Both the position numbers and the translations under genes were made by a program. The notes below the pieces were generated by a model. It was not told the origin of the DNA, did no database searches, and saw nothing but the letters and a program-made list of their open reading frames with translations. Positions 12,701-22,450 of a stretch of 64,000 nt of DNA are shown here, in pieces. Source of the DNA: Anthoceros angustus (taxonomy: Eukaryota > Plantae > Anthocerotophyta); assembly GCA_010909165.1 (NCBI GenBank), contig MU008154.1:620001-684000 (forward strand). Reading direction: 5' to 3'. Each line of letters begins with the position of its first letter. The stretch's first letter is position 1.

Positions 12701-13936
12701 ATGCCTACAACAGAGAATCTTAGTTCATATAATGACGATGAAACTTCACAAGAGCATATTAGCACACTAGATGCTTCATCAACTACCCGTTCAGGATATG
12801 AAACCCCTACACCTTATGATCCAGGAAATTCTATATTTGTAGCTCCCAAAGCGGAAAGAAAGCCTTCCAATTTCTGTAATGGAGGAAAACCTCCTCATTA
12901 TGGATTTGTCAGCACTCAGATTATTGGTTTCTTGCAGGGCCTTGTTGAGAGACTTGAGCTTTTAGAAGTTCTGCCTCTTAATAATACATCCTATGAACCA
13001 TGCATATTCTTTGAGCCAGAAAGTGAAATCGAACAAGATGCGCGGTTCTATTTGACAAATTTATTGCATGATGCTAATCACATGCATACCTTGATCCAAC
13101 CTAAATTCAAGGTTTCAAAGTTTTTTGTGGAAACTACTTGGCTAAAGAGCATATTTGAAAAGACATTAAGTGAGATATTAGAAAGTGGGACATTTGAGAC
13201 CTTGCTGGATACATGTGAAACACAAGAGGATAAGGAAAAGTTGACACCAAGCCAAATTCAACATGAAAAAAATCTCCGTGCTGAGATGGTTATGTTGAAT
13301 GATCAAAGGGTGATAGAAGATGAGATGGAAGCTAAAGTTGAAAAGGAAAGGAAGGTTATACTTGTAAATCTTGAAAGAGAGTTGAAGAGAGTTCAAAAAG
13401 CTGGAAAAATATCTTTGAATTATAAAATTGAACAAGCTGTTGCAAAATCCGACTATGGAAGAAGAGTTCGAAGTAAGATTATCGACAACTTGTCGACAAA
13501 GGTGGATCAACTAGGAGAGGATCTTGAAGATGAGAAAAAAATTAGTGAATTTGTAAAAGAATATTTGAAAAAACAAAATATGGATTTAAGGGAGGAAGCT
13601 ATCGATCTTGCACAAGACCATGATCTGGATTTGCAGCAATTAGACGTAATGCTGAAAAGAATGAAGGACAAGAAATGGGAGAGAGAACAACTCCTAGCAA
13701 AACTAGAACCCAAGTACCTAACACACTTGAGTGAATCTCATGCCAACGCAGCCCAAAAAGAAAAGCAACTGCTATTCGAAATCGCTAATAAAGGTGTAGA
13801 AGAACAGCGAAGCAAAGCTTCTTTGAAAATACAAAAGATCTGGCGTGGTCGGGTGGCTCGGGTACTTGTCAAGAAGGAAAAAAAGAAGTTAAAGAAGAAA
13901 CTAGAGAAGGAAGGCAAAAACAAAAAGAAGAAATAG
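12701..13936 (+). CDS. DRC9: Dynein regulatory complex subunit 9 / IQ-domain protein G-like (flagellar nexin-DRC)
   Basis: 411-aa intronless coiled-coil ORF. KTLSEILESGTFETLL resembles IQCG 'DTIKELQDSATYNSLL', with a terminal IQ motif KIQKIWRGRVAR and Lys-rich tail. DRC10/IQCD is not fully excluded. Confidence 0.75.
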   Translation: MPTTENLSSYNDDETSQEHISTLDASSTTRSGYETPTPYDPGNSIFVAPKAERKPSNFCNGGKPPHYGFVSTQIIGFLQGLVERLELLEVLPLNNTSYEPCIFFEPESEIEQDARFYLTNLLHDANHMHTLIQPKFKVSKFFVETTWLKSIFEKTLSEILESGTFETLLDTCETQEDKEKLTPSQIQHEKNLRAEMVMLNDQRVIEDEMEAKVEKERKVILVNLERELKRVQKAGKISLNYKIEQAVAKSDYGRRVRSKIIDNLSTKVDQLGEDLEDEKKISEFVKEYLKKQNMDLREEAIDLAQDHDLDLQQLDVMLKRMKDKKWEREQLLAKLEPKYLTHLSESHANAAQKEKQLLFEIANKGVEEQRSKASLKIQKIWRGRVARVLVKKEKKKLKKKLEKEGKNKKKK

Positions 13937-13943
13937 GGCACGC

Positions 13944-14030
13944 ATTCTAGGGCTAGGGCTAGGGCAAGCCTTCTAGGAATAGGGCAAGCATTCTAGGAAT
14001 AGGGCAAGCATTCTAGGGCTAGGGCAAGCG
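13944..14030 (+). repeat. Short tandem repeats (ttctaggaatagggcaagca / ctaggg)
   Basis: ~20-bp unit repeated about 4 times just after the DRC9 stop. Confidence 0.8.
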
Positions 14031-14301
14031 AGCAGTTTAAAGCAGTGACCTTGCTTTTCTTCGAGAATTGGTCTAGACAGATGTGAGCCGCACCCTTGGA
14101 AAAGTTGTTTTTGCTGTTGTAGGCGCCTTGGTGTGAGATGGATGCCGCGGAAAGTCTGTTGCGGAGACGTCTGGAATCTCGTCGGACACAGACAGCCTGA
14201 TGCATATTTCTCTGGTCGGGAATGTGTGTGAGATTTTGCCCTCTGAGCTGGTTGCTGACAGTCCATGAGCAGGGCTAGGGTTTTTGTCATCGTCTACCAT
14301 C

Positions 14302-14380
14302 TAGGCCAGTGATGAAATATAGTTGTCATGCACCACACTGATTCCGTGCTGATACTGACCATAAAATATTTCTGAGGCTA
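14302..14380 (+). ncRNA. Box C/D snoRNA, predicted guide for 18S rRNA Gm at the yeast G1271 / human G1328 equivalent (snR40/U32A-like)
   Basis: Box C GTGATGA 14309, D' CTGA 14338, C' TGCTGA 14347, D CTGA 14372. D' guide GTCATGCACCAC pairs with 18S GTGGTGCATGGC; the 5th nt upstream of D' falls on that G. A telo-box (TAGGGTTT) lies just upstream. Confidence 0.8.
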
Positions 14381-14451
14381 GCTAGTAGGAAGCAGTCTTT
14401 CTAGGGTTTCAGGCTGTCGTTGCCTTCATATGGCTTAGGTCAGCTTGCGCT

Positions 14452-14543
14452 TGGCTCAGCTCTGATGATTAAGGTTATTAGCTCTATCTGATTATCTGTG
14501 AAGATAACATGGATCGACTATATGAAGAGATTGACCTGATGCC
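14452..14543 (+). ncRNA. Box C/D snoRNA, predicted guide for 18S Am (human A166 / plant A162 equivalent; SNORD44/snoR18-like), copy 1
   Basis: Box C TGATGA 14463, D' CTGA 14488, D CTGA 14536. Guide TATTAGCTCTA is antisense to 18S TAGAGCTAATA. Confidence 0.8.
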
Positions 14544-14659
14544 TCGTTCGAGCCTTTTCTCTTCTTTAATTATTAATGATCTTGAGGTAGTGAGTAGGAA
14601 GCAGTCTTTGCCGGTGTTGGATTTGTTTACATTGTCATGTGCACATCTTGGTGTACGCT

Positions 14660-14746
14660 GGGCTTTCTGATGATTATGGTTATTAGCTCTACCTGATCAT
14701 TCGTGAAGATCTCATCTTTCTGTATGAAGAGAGTGACCAGCTGCCC
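14660..14746 (+). ncRNA. Same snoRNA family, copy 2 (terminal box D degenerate)
   Basis: Box C 14667, intact TATTAGCTCTA guide and D' CTGA 14693, GGGC/GCCC ends; terminal CTGA replaced by CAGC. Confidence 0.6.
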
Positions 14747-14851
14747 AACAATTGCCCCTTCCTTTATCTTGAGGTAGCAAGGCTGGTTTTGTATCTGGTG
14801 ACGGTGTGATGTGCATATTTCGGGTGTCACGTGCTTGTTCTGGTTTAATCT

Positions 14852-14939
14852 GGGCCCATCTCTGATGATTAAGGTTATTAGTCTATCGGATCTTCTGTGA
14901 AGATAAACAGCGTGACATGAAGAGAGTGCTCAGCTGCCC
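14852..14939 (+). ncRNA. Same snoRNA family, copy 3 (decaying)
   Basis: Box C intact; guide has a 1-nt deletion (TATTAGTCTA), D' is CGGA, box D degenerate. Confidence 0.45.
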
Positions 14940-16202
14940 ATTGTCTTTTTTGGTGTTCCCTGGGTTCTCGTGGTGGTAGTGACTGAAATACTGGAAGGCG
15001 TTGGTAGTGACTGGAATACTGGAAGTCTTAGGGAGTGGCTGACATACTGTCAGTTGTCTACGGCCATTGAAGACTCCCTGAACGAGCAGCATTGGTTTTT
15101 TGGTTGGCGGACTGCCATGTGCTCTCTCTATACAAGTAAATTGAAAAGCTTTCCTGCTTCTACGCCACCTCTCTGAGCTGTCCTCGGTCCCATCGGTCAC
15201 GTTCTATCTTCAACCTTTCTTGTTTTGTGAGAGTTACTCGGGCTTGTTTATGAAGGGCACCCCTAAGCGACCCAACGCATGAGCCACAACATGCCTGAAC
15301 GGTAAGCGAGGGGAGGCTACACTATGCCCCCCGTCGACTAACTGCTACCGCGAGAGCAGACCGAACCTACCTGCACTAAGCAGCCCTGACTGCGGATTGC
15401 TCAAGCACTAAACCTTAGACTATAAAAGCCACCTAGTCACCTCCGCCAAGGAAGTACATGCTTCTTCAACAACCATGGTGAAAACGTACAGCAAGAATGA
15501 CGGTGTTCCTGGCAGCTCTGTTCAAACGGGTCCCTGCTCTTCACCTAAACCGAAATCCCGTAACGCATGCCACCGTCACGCGGTCGTGATGGAACGGGAA
15601 ACTGGTGAGAAGGCTTTCTCACGTGGGGGGATCGTGACGAAGTGAGTTCTCCATCGCTAAGCGCGAAAGCGATGCGTAACGGAACGGGTGGATGAGCAAC
15701 GAACCACACCCGCTAATGATCGCGCTGGCCATGTCGGAAGCGATGCTTTTGTTCCAGGCGTGCAGTCGGAGCTACAAACACTTTGGCCCATGCAATTTCT
15801 TGCCAAACCTCCGGCACTTTTGGCGCGCTTTTCTGTGCGGCACTGCCATCCTGATCCGCCGTTTCGTGGCGTCGCGTCTTCGCTTGCAAGGCAAGCTCCT
15901 TCGATCTTTGTTTCGCTGTGCTTCGGGGGTTGAACTGGTCAAATGAAGCCGTGAGCTTCCTGGTTGCGAAAATTTGCCTTAGTGTTCATCGATTTTCGCA
16001 ATGTCGGGAGTTGCGAAGCCGTGGATTTTAGGTGAGGAGATCGCCCCTGTGGAAACGCCACGCTTGTGAAGCTTTTGGTCCGGCTTTCCTCCAGCAATTT
16101 GTGAGCTCGTGTTGACGAGTTGTTAGTACCATAATCTGCTGCTCAAGTGACTGTGCTTGCTGTTATGTAGAGCGTCGCTTGAAACCGGCCGTAAGTAGGA
16201 CG

Positions 16203-18856
16203 ATGGAGGTACTGGCGTTTCTCCTACTCTTGGCTGGTGTCGGACTCGGTACGCTCGTTGGACAGGCCAATGCGGAAGATCCGACAGTGACATACGACTG
16301 GACTGTTGCCTACAAGATCGTGTCACCCTTGGGCGTGGCGCAGAAGGTTGTTGCTCTTCCAGCTGAATTGCCGGGTTTTATGATTGAGATGGCTCTGCTT
16401 GGAAGCGAGCTATTCGGGAGTGTGTGGTAAAGTGGAACACTTGTTGCTCTGGATAATTTGATGTCTCATTGCTCATTTGCACAGCCTTCTGGATGCAGGT
16501 GATTGCTATCAATGACAGGTTTCCGGGGCCGATTTTGAATGCAACAACCAACAACAATGTTGTGATCAATGTGCGGAATAATCTTGATGAGCCCCTGCTG
16601 TTTACCTTGTAAGTGGATGTTGACTGAGCTTTGGAGCTTTGGCTGTGTAGTCTGTGGTTCTTCGCTTCATTTGAAGTCCTATTGGTCTCGAGCTGAGGTT
16701 ACCCGCTGGCCAGGGAGCTTCCCTGTAAAATGCAGCGTGATGAGGAAATCCATATGTAATCCAGTCCTGGCGATCGATCGGCTCGGACACGCCATTCCTT
16801 TGTCGGAGCTGATCTCGTCGTGATTTCGTTTTGCAGCCAGGGAATACAACAGCGAAAAGACTCTTGGCAAGATGGAGTTTCTGGGACAAACTGCCCTATT
16901 CTGCCAGGGAAACAGTGGACATACAACATGCAATTCAAGGACCAGATTGGCACGTTCTTCTACGCTCCGTCTCTTCTGTTACAAAAAGCTGCAGGTGGCT
17001 TTGGAGGTGTACAAGTGTATAATCGGCCGGTCATTTCTGTGCCGTTTCCACCGCCGGAAGGGGACATTACTCTCCTCATTGGTGACTGGTATAAAACTGG
17101 CCATACTGTAAGTTCTGTTGTCAGACATTGTTCTCCGCTGTTCCATCCTGGTCTTGAACTTGTTGCGTATATGGAAGGCGAGTCCCCCAAACTGACTTGT
17201 TCTAGCCTTGTCATACGAGGTCTTGAGAAATATTTTAGAAAAAGGGAGCCTTCTGCCTCCACCAGATGCGATTCTGATAAACGGCAGAGGGCCAGCCGGG
17301 AGTGGGAAACACACTATTGTTGATGTGAACCCAGGTCTCTTCGATTTCCTCTTGGGAGTGGCAGCTTGGCTTCTTCAGAATCCTGCGACCTTTGTCCGCT
17401 TAAGCATTTTCTCGCAATTTTACCGATTTGAAATGTACTTGATTGTGGATGCAGGTAAAACATACCGGTTTCGGGTTTCCAATGTGGGAACCTCCACTAC
17501 CTTCAGCTTTGCTGTTCAGAGCCATAATTTTTTACTCGTGGAAGCCGAGGGCTCGTACACTCAGCAGACCACCTACACCAACTTGGATGTACACGCCGGC
17601 CAGTCTTATTCTATCCTCATAACCACCGATCAAGGCGCCGGTGACTTCTACGTTGTGGCAACCTCTCGCTTTGTTACTCCTACGATTGAAGGTGTTGCCG
17701 TGCTCCATTACACAAACTCAAAGACGAAGCCTTCTGGAGCATTCCCACCGTCTCCTGACCCGTTGGACTTCGACTCATCCATATCTCAAGCGAAAACTAT
17801 CAAGTAAGTAGTTAAATCCATGGCCTCTCGTTGTGAATCGCGGCGTGTGTAGGTGTGTTGCTGATTGGTTGATGCTCGAATTCGGATACATCAAATTTTG
17901 CACTCAATCCCTTCTGCACCTTGGTCGGTTGCCTGCGCAGATGGAACCTTACAACCGGAGCTGCTCGGCCCAACCCTCAAGGCTCCTACCACTATGGACG
18001 GATCAAAATATCCCAGACTGTCATCGTGGCCAACTCTGCCCCGGTGATGAGTGGGAAGCAAAGATATGCTGTGAACGGGGTGTCATATCTGGCACCAACA
18101 ACACCCCTGAAACTAGCTGACTATTTCAAGATCACTGGAGTATTTGAGCTGAATTCCATCCCTTCACTCCAGGAAACCAGGGCACCCTGCGATTCTAAAA
18201 CATCTATCATGGTTGGCGATTACAGATCTTTCACTGAGTTTGTTCTGCAGAATGGTGAAGACACGATTCAGTCATGGCATTTTGATGGGTACTCGTTCTT
18301 TGTTGTGGCGTAAGTGTACTAAACCCTAGGTATTGTTATTCATGGTAGGAAGCCTGTTTTTCTTATGCATGTGAGGACATGGCAACCACTTGAGGTGCCT
18401 AGAGGAAGGTTGAGCTAATTATTGTTGTCTTCCATTCTTTGGCAGTTTTGGCTTCGGAGACTGGTCCTTGAAAGCCAGAGACTCCTATAATCTTGTGGAC
18501 GCTGTTTCTCGCAGCACAACTCAGGTGAGAACTTCTTTACAAGTCTGATTGCGGCCTTGCAACGTGTAGTCGGCTGTTTTACTCCAGCTCGTTGCTGATT
18601 CGTGAGGAAGACGGTAGCATTCAGCAGTCCTGTAAGTTAAATCGTCTTTCATTCTGCAGGTTTATCCAAAGGGATACACTGTCGTCCTGGTGGCGATGGA
18701 CAATGTTGAATGTGGAACTTTCGTTCAGCACAGCTTCAGCGAGCTTATTTGGGGCAGGAGTTCTACATTCGGGTGTATGATCCTGCAGAATCTTTGAGAA
18801 CTGAGAAGGCCATTCCAGCAAATGTGCTGCTATGTGGCAAAGCAGCACGTCGCTGA
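16203..18856 (+). CDS. SKS: SKU5-similar (SKS) multicopper oxidase-like protein, 8 exons (16203-16346, 16499-16608, 16837-17107, 17220-17334, 17455-17803, 17941-18309, 18446-18524, 18660-18856); 1-bp deletion in last exon
   Basis: Signal peptide then AEDPTVTYDW, INDRFPGP, GIQQRKDSWQDGV, KDQIGTFFY, GDWYK, WNLTTGAARPNPQGSYHYG, SWHFDGYSFF. Exon 8 is 197 nt instead of 198 (gttgaatgtgg vs gttggaatgtgg in the 43.2-kb copy), so DNVGMWN is frameshifted. No GPI tail. Confidence 0.9.
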
Positions 18857-19239
18857 AGAGTCGATCTGCCTTTGCTTCAGTTCAAATAAGACACTTTTGC
18901 GTTTTGTCCACGACTCTTGTTTTGAAGCAAGGGTTGTGAACATGGTTCTTTTCTCAGCCGTGAGACGCTGAGAAGGGAGTGCTTCGGTTGGAGTTGTCGG
19001 TCATGAAATTGACCGAGTGTTAAATCAAATAGGACCCTTGTGTATGCATCTTCAGTTGCCTAGTATTCTTCAGATGCATGCTGGCTATACGATGTGCAGT
19101 CCTGAGCAGCATCTTCGTCCTACATATTTCTCTACACACACAGAAGCACGGGGAGTAGCACGGCTTCCTCACAGTCAAATGTATCCTGCGTATCGTCCAC
19201 GCCTCTGCACTGACAGGTTTGAACAATCAACATGTCTGA

Positions 19240-19486
19240 GTACATACTTGTGATGCATGTCTAGACCTGTGCGCAGTCCACACCTACATACAGTACTTAT
19301 GGACACGTACTGTACCCTTAAGGTACAGACTGTACTTGTGTGGTTGGTACTACCGTGGTACAGTATTGGTACCAACTTTAGGTACGGTTGTGGACATCGT
19401 CTTCTTCTCCCCGTCTCCGGTCTATGTACTGTAGGCCGTGACCAACCGTAATTGGTAAGTGTGTCCAAGCCACCGCAAATACGTAC
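19240..19486. promoter_or_regulatory. Dense GTAC (SBP/SPL core, copper-response element) array; TATAAAA at 19688
   Basis: 12 GTAC at 19240, 19293, 19307, 19312, 19323, 19332, 19347, 19358, 19369, 19382, 19426, 19483 (about 1 expected by chance). Confidence 0.55.
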
Positions 19487-20532
19487 ATGTCCCCAAGGTA
19501 GATTGGCAGAACCTTCTGGAACCTATGTGCTACTAGACTACTACATTGCTACTAATTCACCACACGAACGTCCTTGTGTCTGTTTGCAACAGGGCCCAAA
19601 GACGTCGGTCTTCTTCCGCCTTCCGTCAGTGCCGTTAACTCGGGAGTTACACTTAACTGACAATCCCCTCCTCGGGAATGTGTCTTTTATAAAACCCAGC
19701 CCACCCCAGCCCAGCCAGGACCAGAAACCTCTAAAACCCACAGGGTGCACGTGGAATTGGATCTTGCAAAGGGACTCGGAGTGGGCTGAAAAACATTTGA
19801 GCAGGAGCTGCGCCTCAATCTGTGAGAAAGCAATACTTAAGAGGCGGAAATCAATCCTGCAAATCTAAAACAGTATGATGGTGACGCTTGAATTGGAGGA
19901 AGACGGTATTGATCCACAAACAAGGATCATACCTTTCAGGGAAGAGGCGCTTCCGTGCCTATTATATCAATGCAAGTGGGGGACAGAGGTCTCACAGTCA
20001 TGCATTGTTCATGATGAAGACATTGGGGAGCTTACGGCACTGGTACTTTAACCATGTGCCAAGGAATACACTTGGAGGTGGTCCATTGGTACTGAGCCTG
20101 AAGAGTTTCTTATAGAAATGACGATGTTATGGCCCGGCCAATCCATGGGTCCTAGCGCACGCGCAGTATCTTCATAGATTGCCATGCTGAGCACTCCGGA
20201 TGGCAAAGTGTCCTTTGATAGCAAGACATGTCACTGAAGGCTGAGGTTGTAGACAGTTGGTAAGACTTGTAATTAGGCCCTATAATTGTGGGTAAGTGGG
20301 TGGGTCACACTATCGCTGAACCACCCACAGTCACCGCCAGCTAGCTCCAATTCTTGTGAATCGACACAAGATCTACATAAACAGTACTGAAAACGTCCAA
20401 TTAGGCTAAGGCATGTATCGGCACCGACCGCCGGAGACTCCAGCTCAAAATCGTACTTCCCCATTTGGGGTGTCGCTGGGACGGAAAACCTCACACTATT
20501 TGTCATCACTTAAGTGCCCGAGGCAGAGTTCC

Positions 20533-20662
20533 GGTCAAGGCCAGTGACGTGCGCAGCCCAAGGGCCTGCGCTCTACCAGGATTCCACAAATACGTTCAAA
20601 GTCGTCATCAGTCTACATACTTCCTTCCTTCCGGGTACCTTCCACACATGCCTGCTTATAAG
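20533..20662 (+). promoter_or_regulatory. Peptide gene promoter: W-box (GGTCAA) + TGACG element + TATA
   Basis: GGTCAA 20533, TGACGT 20545, TTATAAG 20656; same module before the other intact copies. A predicted 5'-UTR intron runs 20712-20773 (GTGAGT...CTCAG). Confidence 0.55.
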
Positions 20663-20801
20663 CCCGGCACCAGCAAGCCCTTCTCACAACTGCTACCCAC
20701 ACTCCAGACTTGTGAGTGTTCTCTTGCTCTCAGCTCATTTGCGAAATCGACAACTCTACTTACAATTCCTCAGGCAGCACTCAACTCAGTCTTCAGTGAT
20801 C

Positions 20802-21131
20802 ATGGCCATGGCGAAGCTCGTCCTCGTCCGCAACGTTCTCTGTGTCTTGATGCTTCTGGCAGCAGTGATGACTGATGCGGCAAAGATCGAGACGTTCAAC
20901 CCAGCCAGCTGTGATGGAGGTGCTACCAACACGTTCTACGTGGGCGGGAACACCTGCCAGACTTTTATCGACCAGGGCGCTGTGCGGATCAGTGAAATTG
21001 ACGGCGGCACCCGTGTGTCCATACACAACCAGAGGAACTGTGAAGGCTCCAGTAGCGTTGCACAGATTTACGGACCAGGGTGTGTGGTGCAAGGTGCAAC
21101 CAAGCTGCGCGCTGTCTGGATTCAGGGTTGA
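20802..21131 (+). CDS. Secreted 4-Cys MiAMP1-like (beta-barrelin) antimicrobial peptide, copy 1, intact, 109 aa
   Basis: Signal peptide MAMAKLVLVRNVLCVLMLLAAVMTDAA. Mature part aligns by eye to MiAMP1 (IHNQRNCEG ~ LYNQAGCSG; RAVWIQG ~ KSIFIQC). Confidence 0.75.
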   Translation: MAMAKLVLVRNVLCVLMLLAAVMTDAAKIETFNPASCDGGATNTFYVGGNTCQTFIDQGAVRISEIDGGTRVSIHNQRNCEGSSSVAQIYGPGCVVQGATKLRAVWIQG

Positions 21132-21523
21132 ACGTCGCATGTTGCGTCTTCAGAAGTATAAGTATGCATAAGGTATGCCCCATTGCAACTCTTTTATCCA
21201 ACAGAATTGCATGTACTTCTTCAAGCTCCTGCGTTTTAGAAGGAGCTATGGTTTGGTGCCTGTGGTTCTTTCGGTGATACCTGCACATTCTCAAGGCTGG
21301 GCGCCGTACCGTTTTGTGCAGGCACGAATCGGATGTAGTCACACTTAGTCATCACGTGAGATGAGCAGAGATGGGGATACCAACTAGGTGGAGCATTTGG
21401 TATAGATGTATAGGGATCTATATATGAGAATAAAACAAGTGTACCATCCGAAGAAAAGTTTTTTAATAAATAAATACTTTTTTAAATTGAATCCCACCTC
21501 TATTTAGTCAATGAAGTGCTTGC

Positions 21524-22450
21524 TTGCTCATTTGCACAAGCCTCCTGGATGCAGGTGATTGCTATCAATGATAGGTTTCCACTATGTACAGATCAAAAGA
21601 TCCCAGACTGTCATCGTGGCCAACTCTGCCCCGGTGATGAGTGGGAAGCAAAGATATGCTGTGAACGCGGTGTCATGTCTGGCACCAACAACACCCCTGA
21701 AACAAGCTGCACTATTTCAAGATCACTGAAGTATTTGAGCGAAATTCCATCCCCTTCATTCCCGGAAACCAGGGCGACCCCCCGATTTCTAAAACATCTA
21801 TCATGGTTGGCGATTACAGATCTTTCACTGAGTTTGTTCTGCAGAATGGTGAAGACACAATTCAGTCATGGCATTTTGATGGGTACTCGTTCTTTGTTGT
21901 GGCGTAAGTGTACTAAACCCTAGGTATTGTTATTCATGGTAGGAAGCCTGTTTTTCTTATACATGTGAGGACATGGCAACCACTTGAGGTGCCTAGAGGA
22001 AGGTTGAGCTAATTATTGTTGTCTTCCTTTCTTCGGCAGTTTTGGCTCCGGAGACTGGTCCTTGAAAGCCAGAGACTCCTATAATCTTGTGGACGCTGTT
22101 TCTCGCAGCACAACTCAGGTGAGAACTTCTTTACAAGTCTGATTGCGGCCTTGCAACGTGTAGTCGGTTGTTTTACTCCAGCTCGTTGCTGATTCGTGAG
22201 GAAGACGGTAGCATTCAGCAGTCCTGTAAGTTAAATCGTCTTTCATTCTGCAGGTTTATCCAAAGGGATACACTGTCGTCCTGGTGGCGATGGACAATGT
22301 TGAATGTGGAACTTTCGTTCAGCACAGCTTCAGCGAGCTTATTTGGGGCAGGAGTTCTACATTCGGGTGTATGATCCTGCAGAATCTTTGAGAACTGAGA
22401 AGGCCATTCCAGCAAATGTGCTGCTATGTGGCAAAGCAGCACGTCGCTGA
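21524..22450 (+). pseudogene. SKS pseudogene copy 2: no exon 1, start of exon 2 fused to exon 6, frameshifts
   Basis: Begins in intron 1; junction GATAGGTTTCC|ACTATG at ~21580 with CC microhomology; shares the exon-8 deletion with copy 1. Confidence 0.9.

Noticed and set aside
14196-14250. Possible extra C/D snoRNA (TGATGC...CTGA with CAGC/GCTG stem)
   Set aside because: Box C is imperfect and only ~7 nt of guide complementarity to 18S.
15476-15946. Small ORFs after a TATA at ~15421, upstream of SKS
   Set aside because: No motif support; may be SKS 5' leader.
19937-19950. CAGGGAAGAGGC, 12-nt complement to miR408 (a copper miRNA) near the GTAC array
   Set aside because: The remaining bases, including the seed-pairing end, do not match and no fold-back partner arm is present.
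20514-20801. Long N-terminal extensions of the peptide ORFs (205, 225, 219 aa)
   Set aside because: They start at non-ATG codons and read through TATA box and 5'-UTR intron; the true start is MAMAK/MAIAK.
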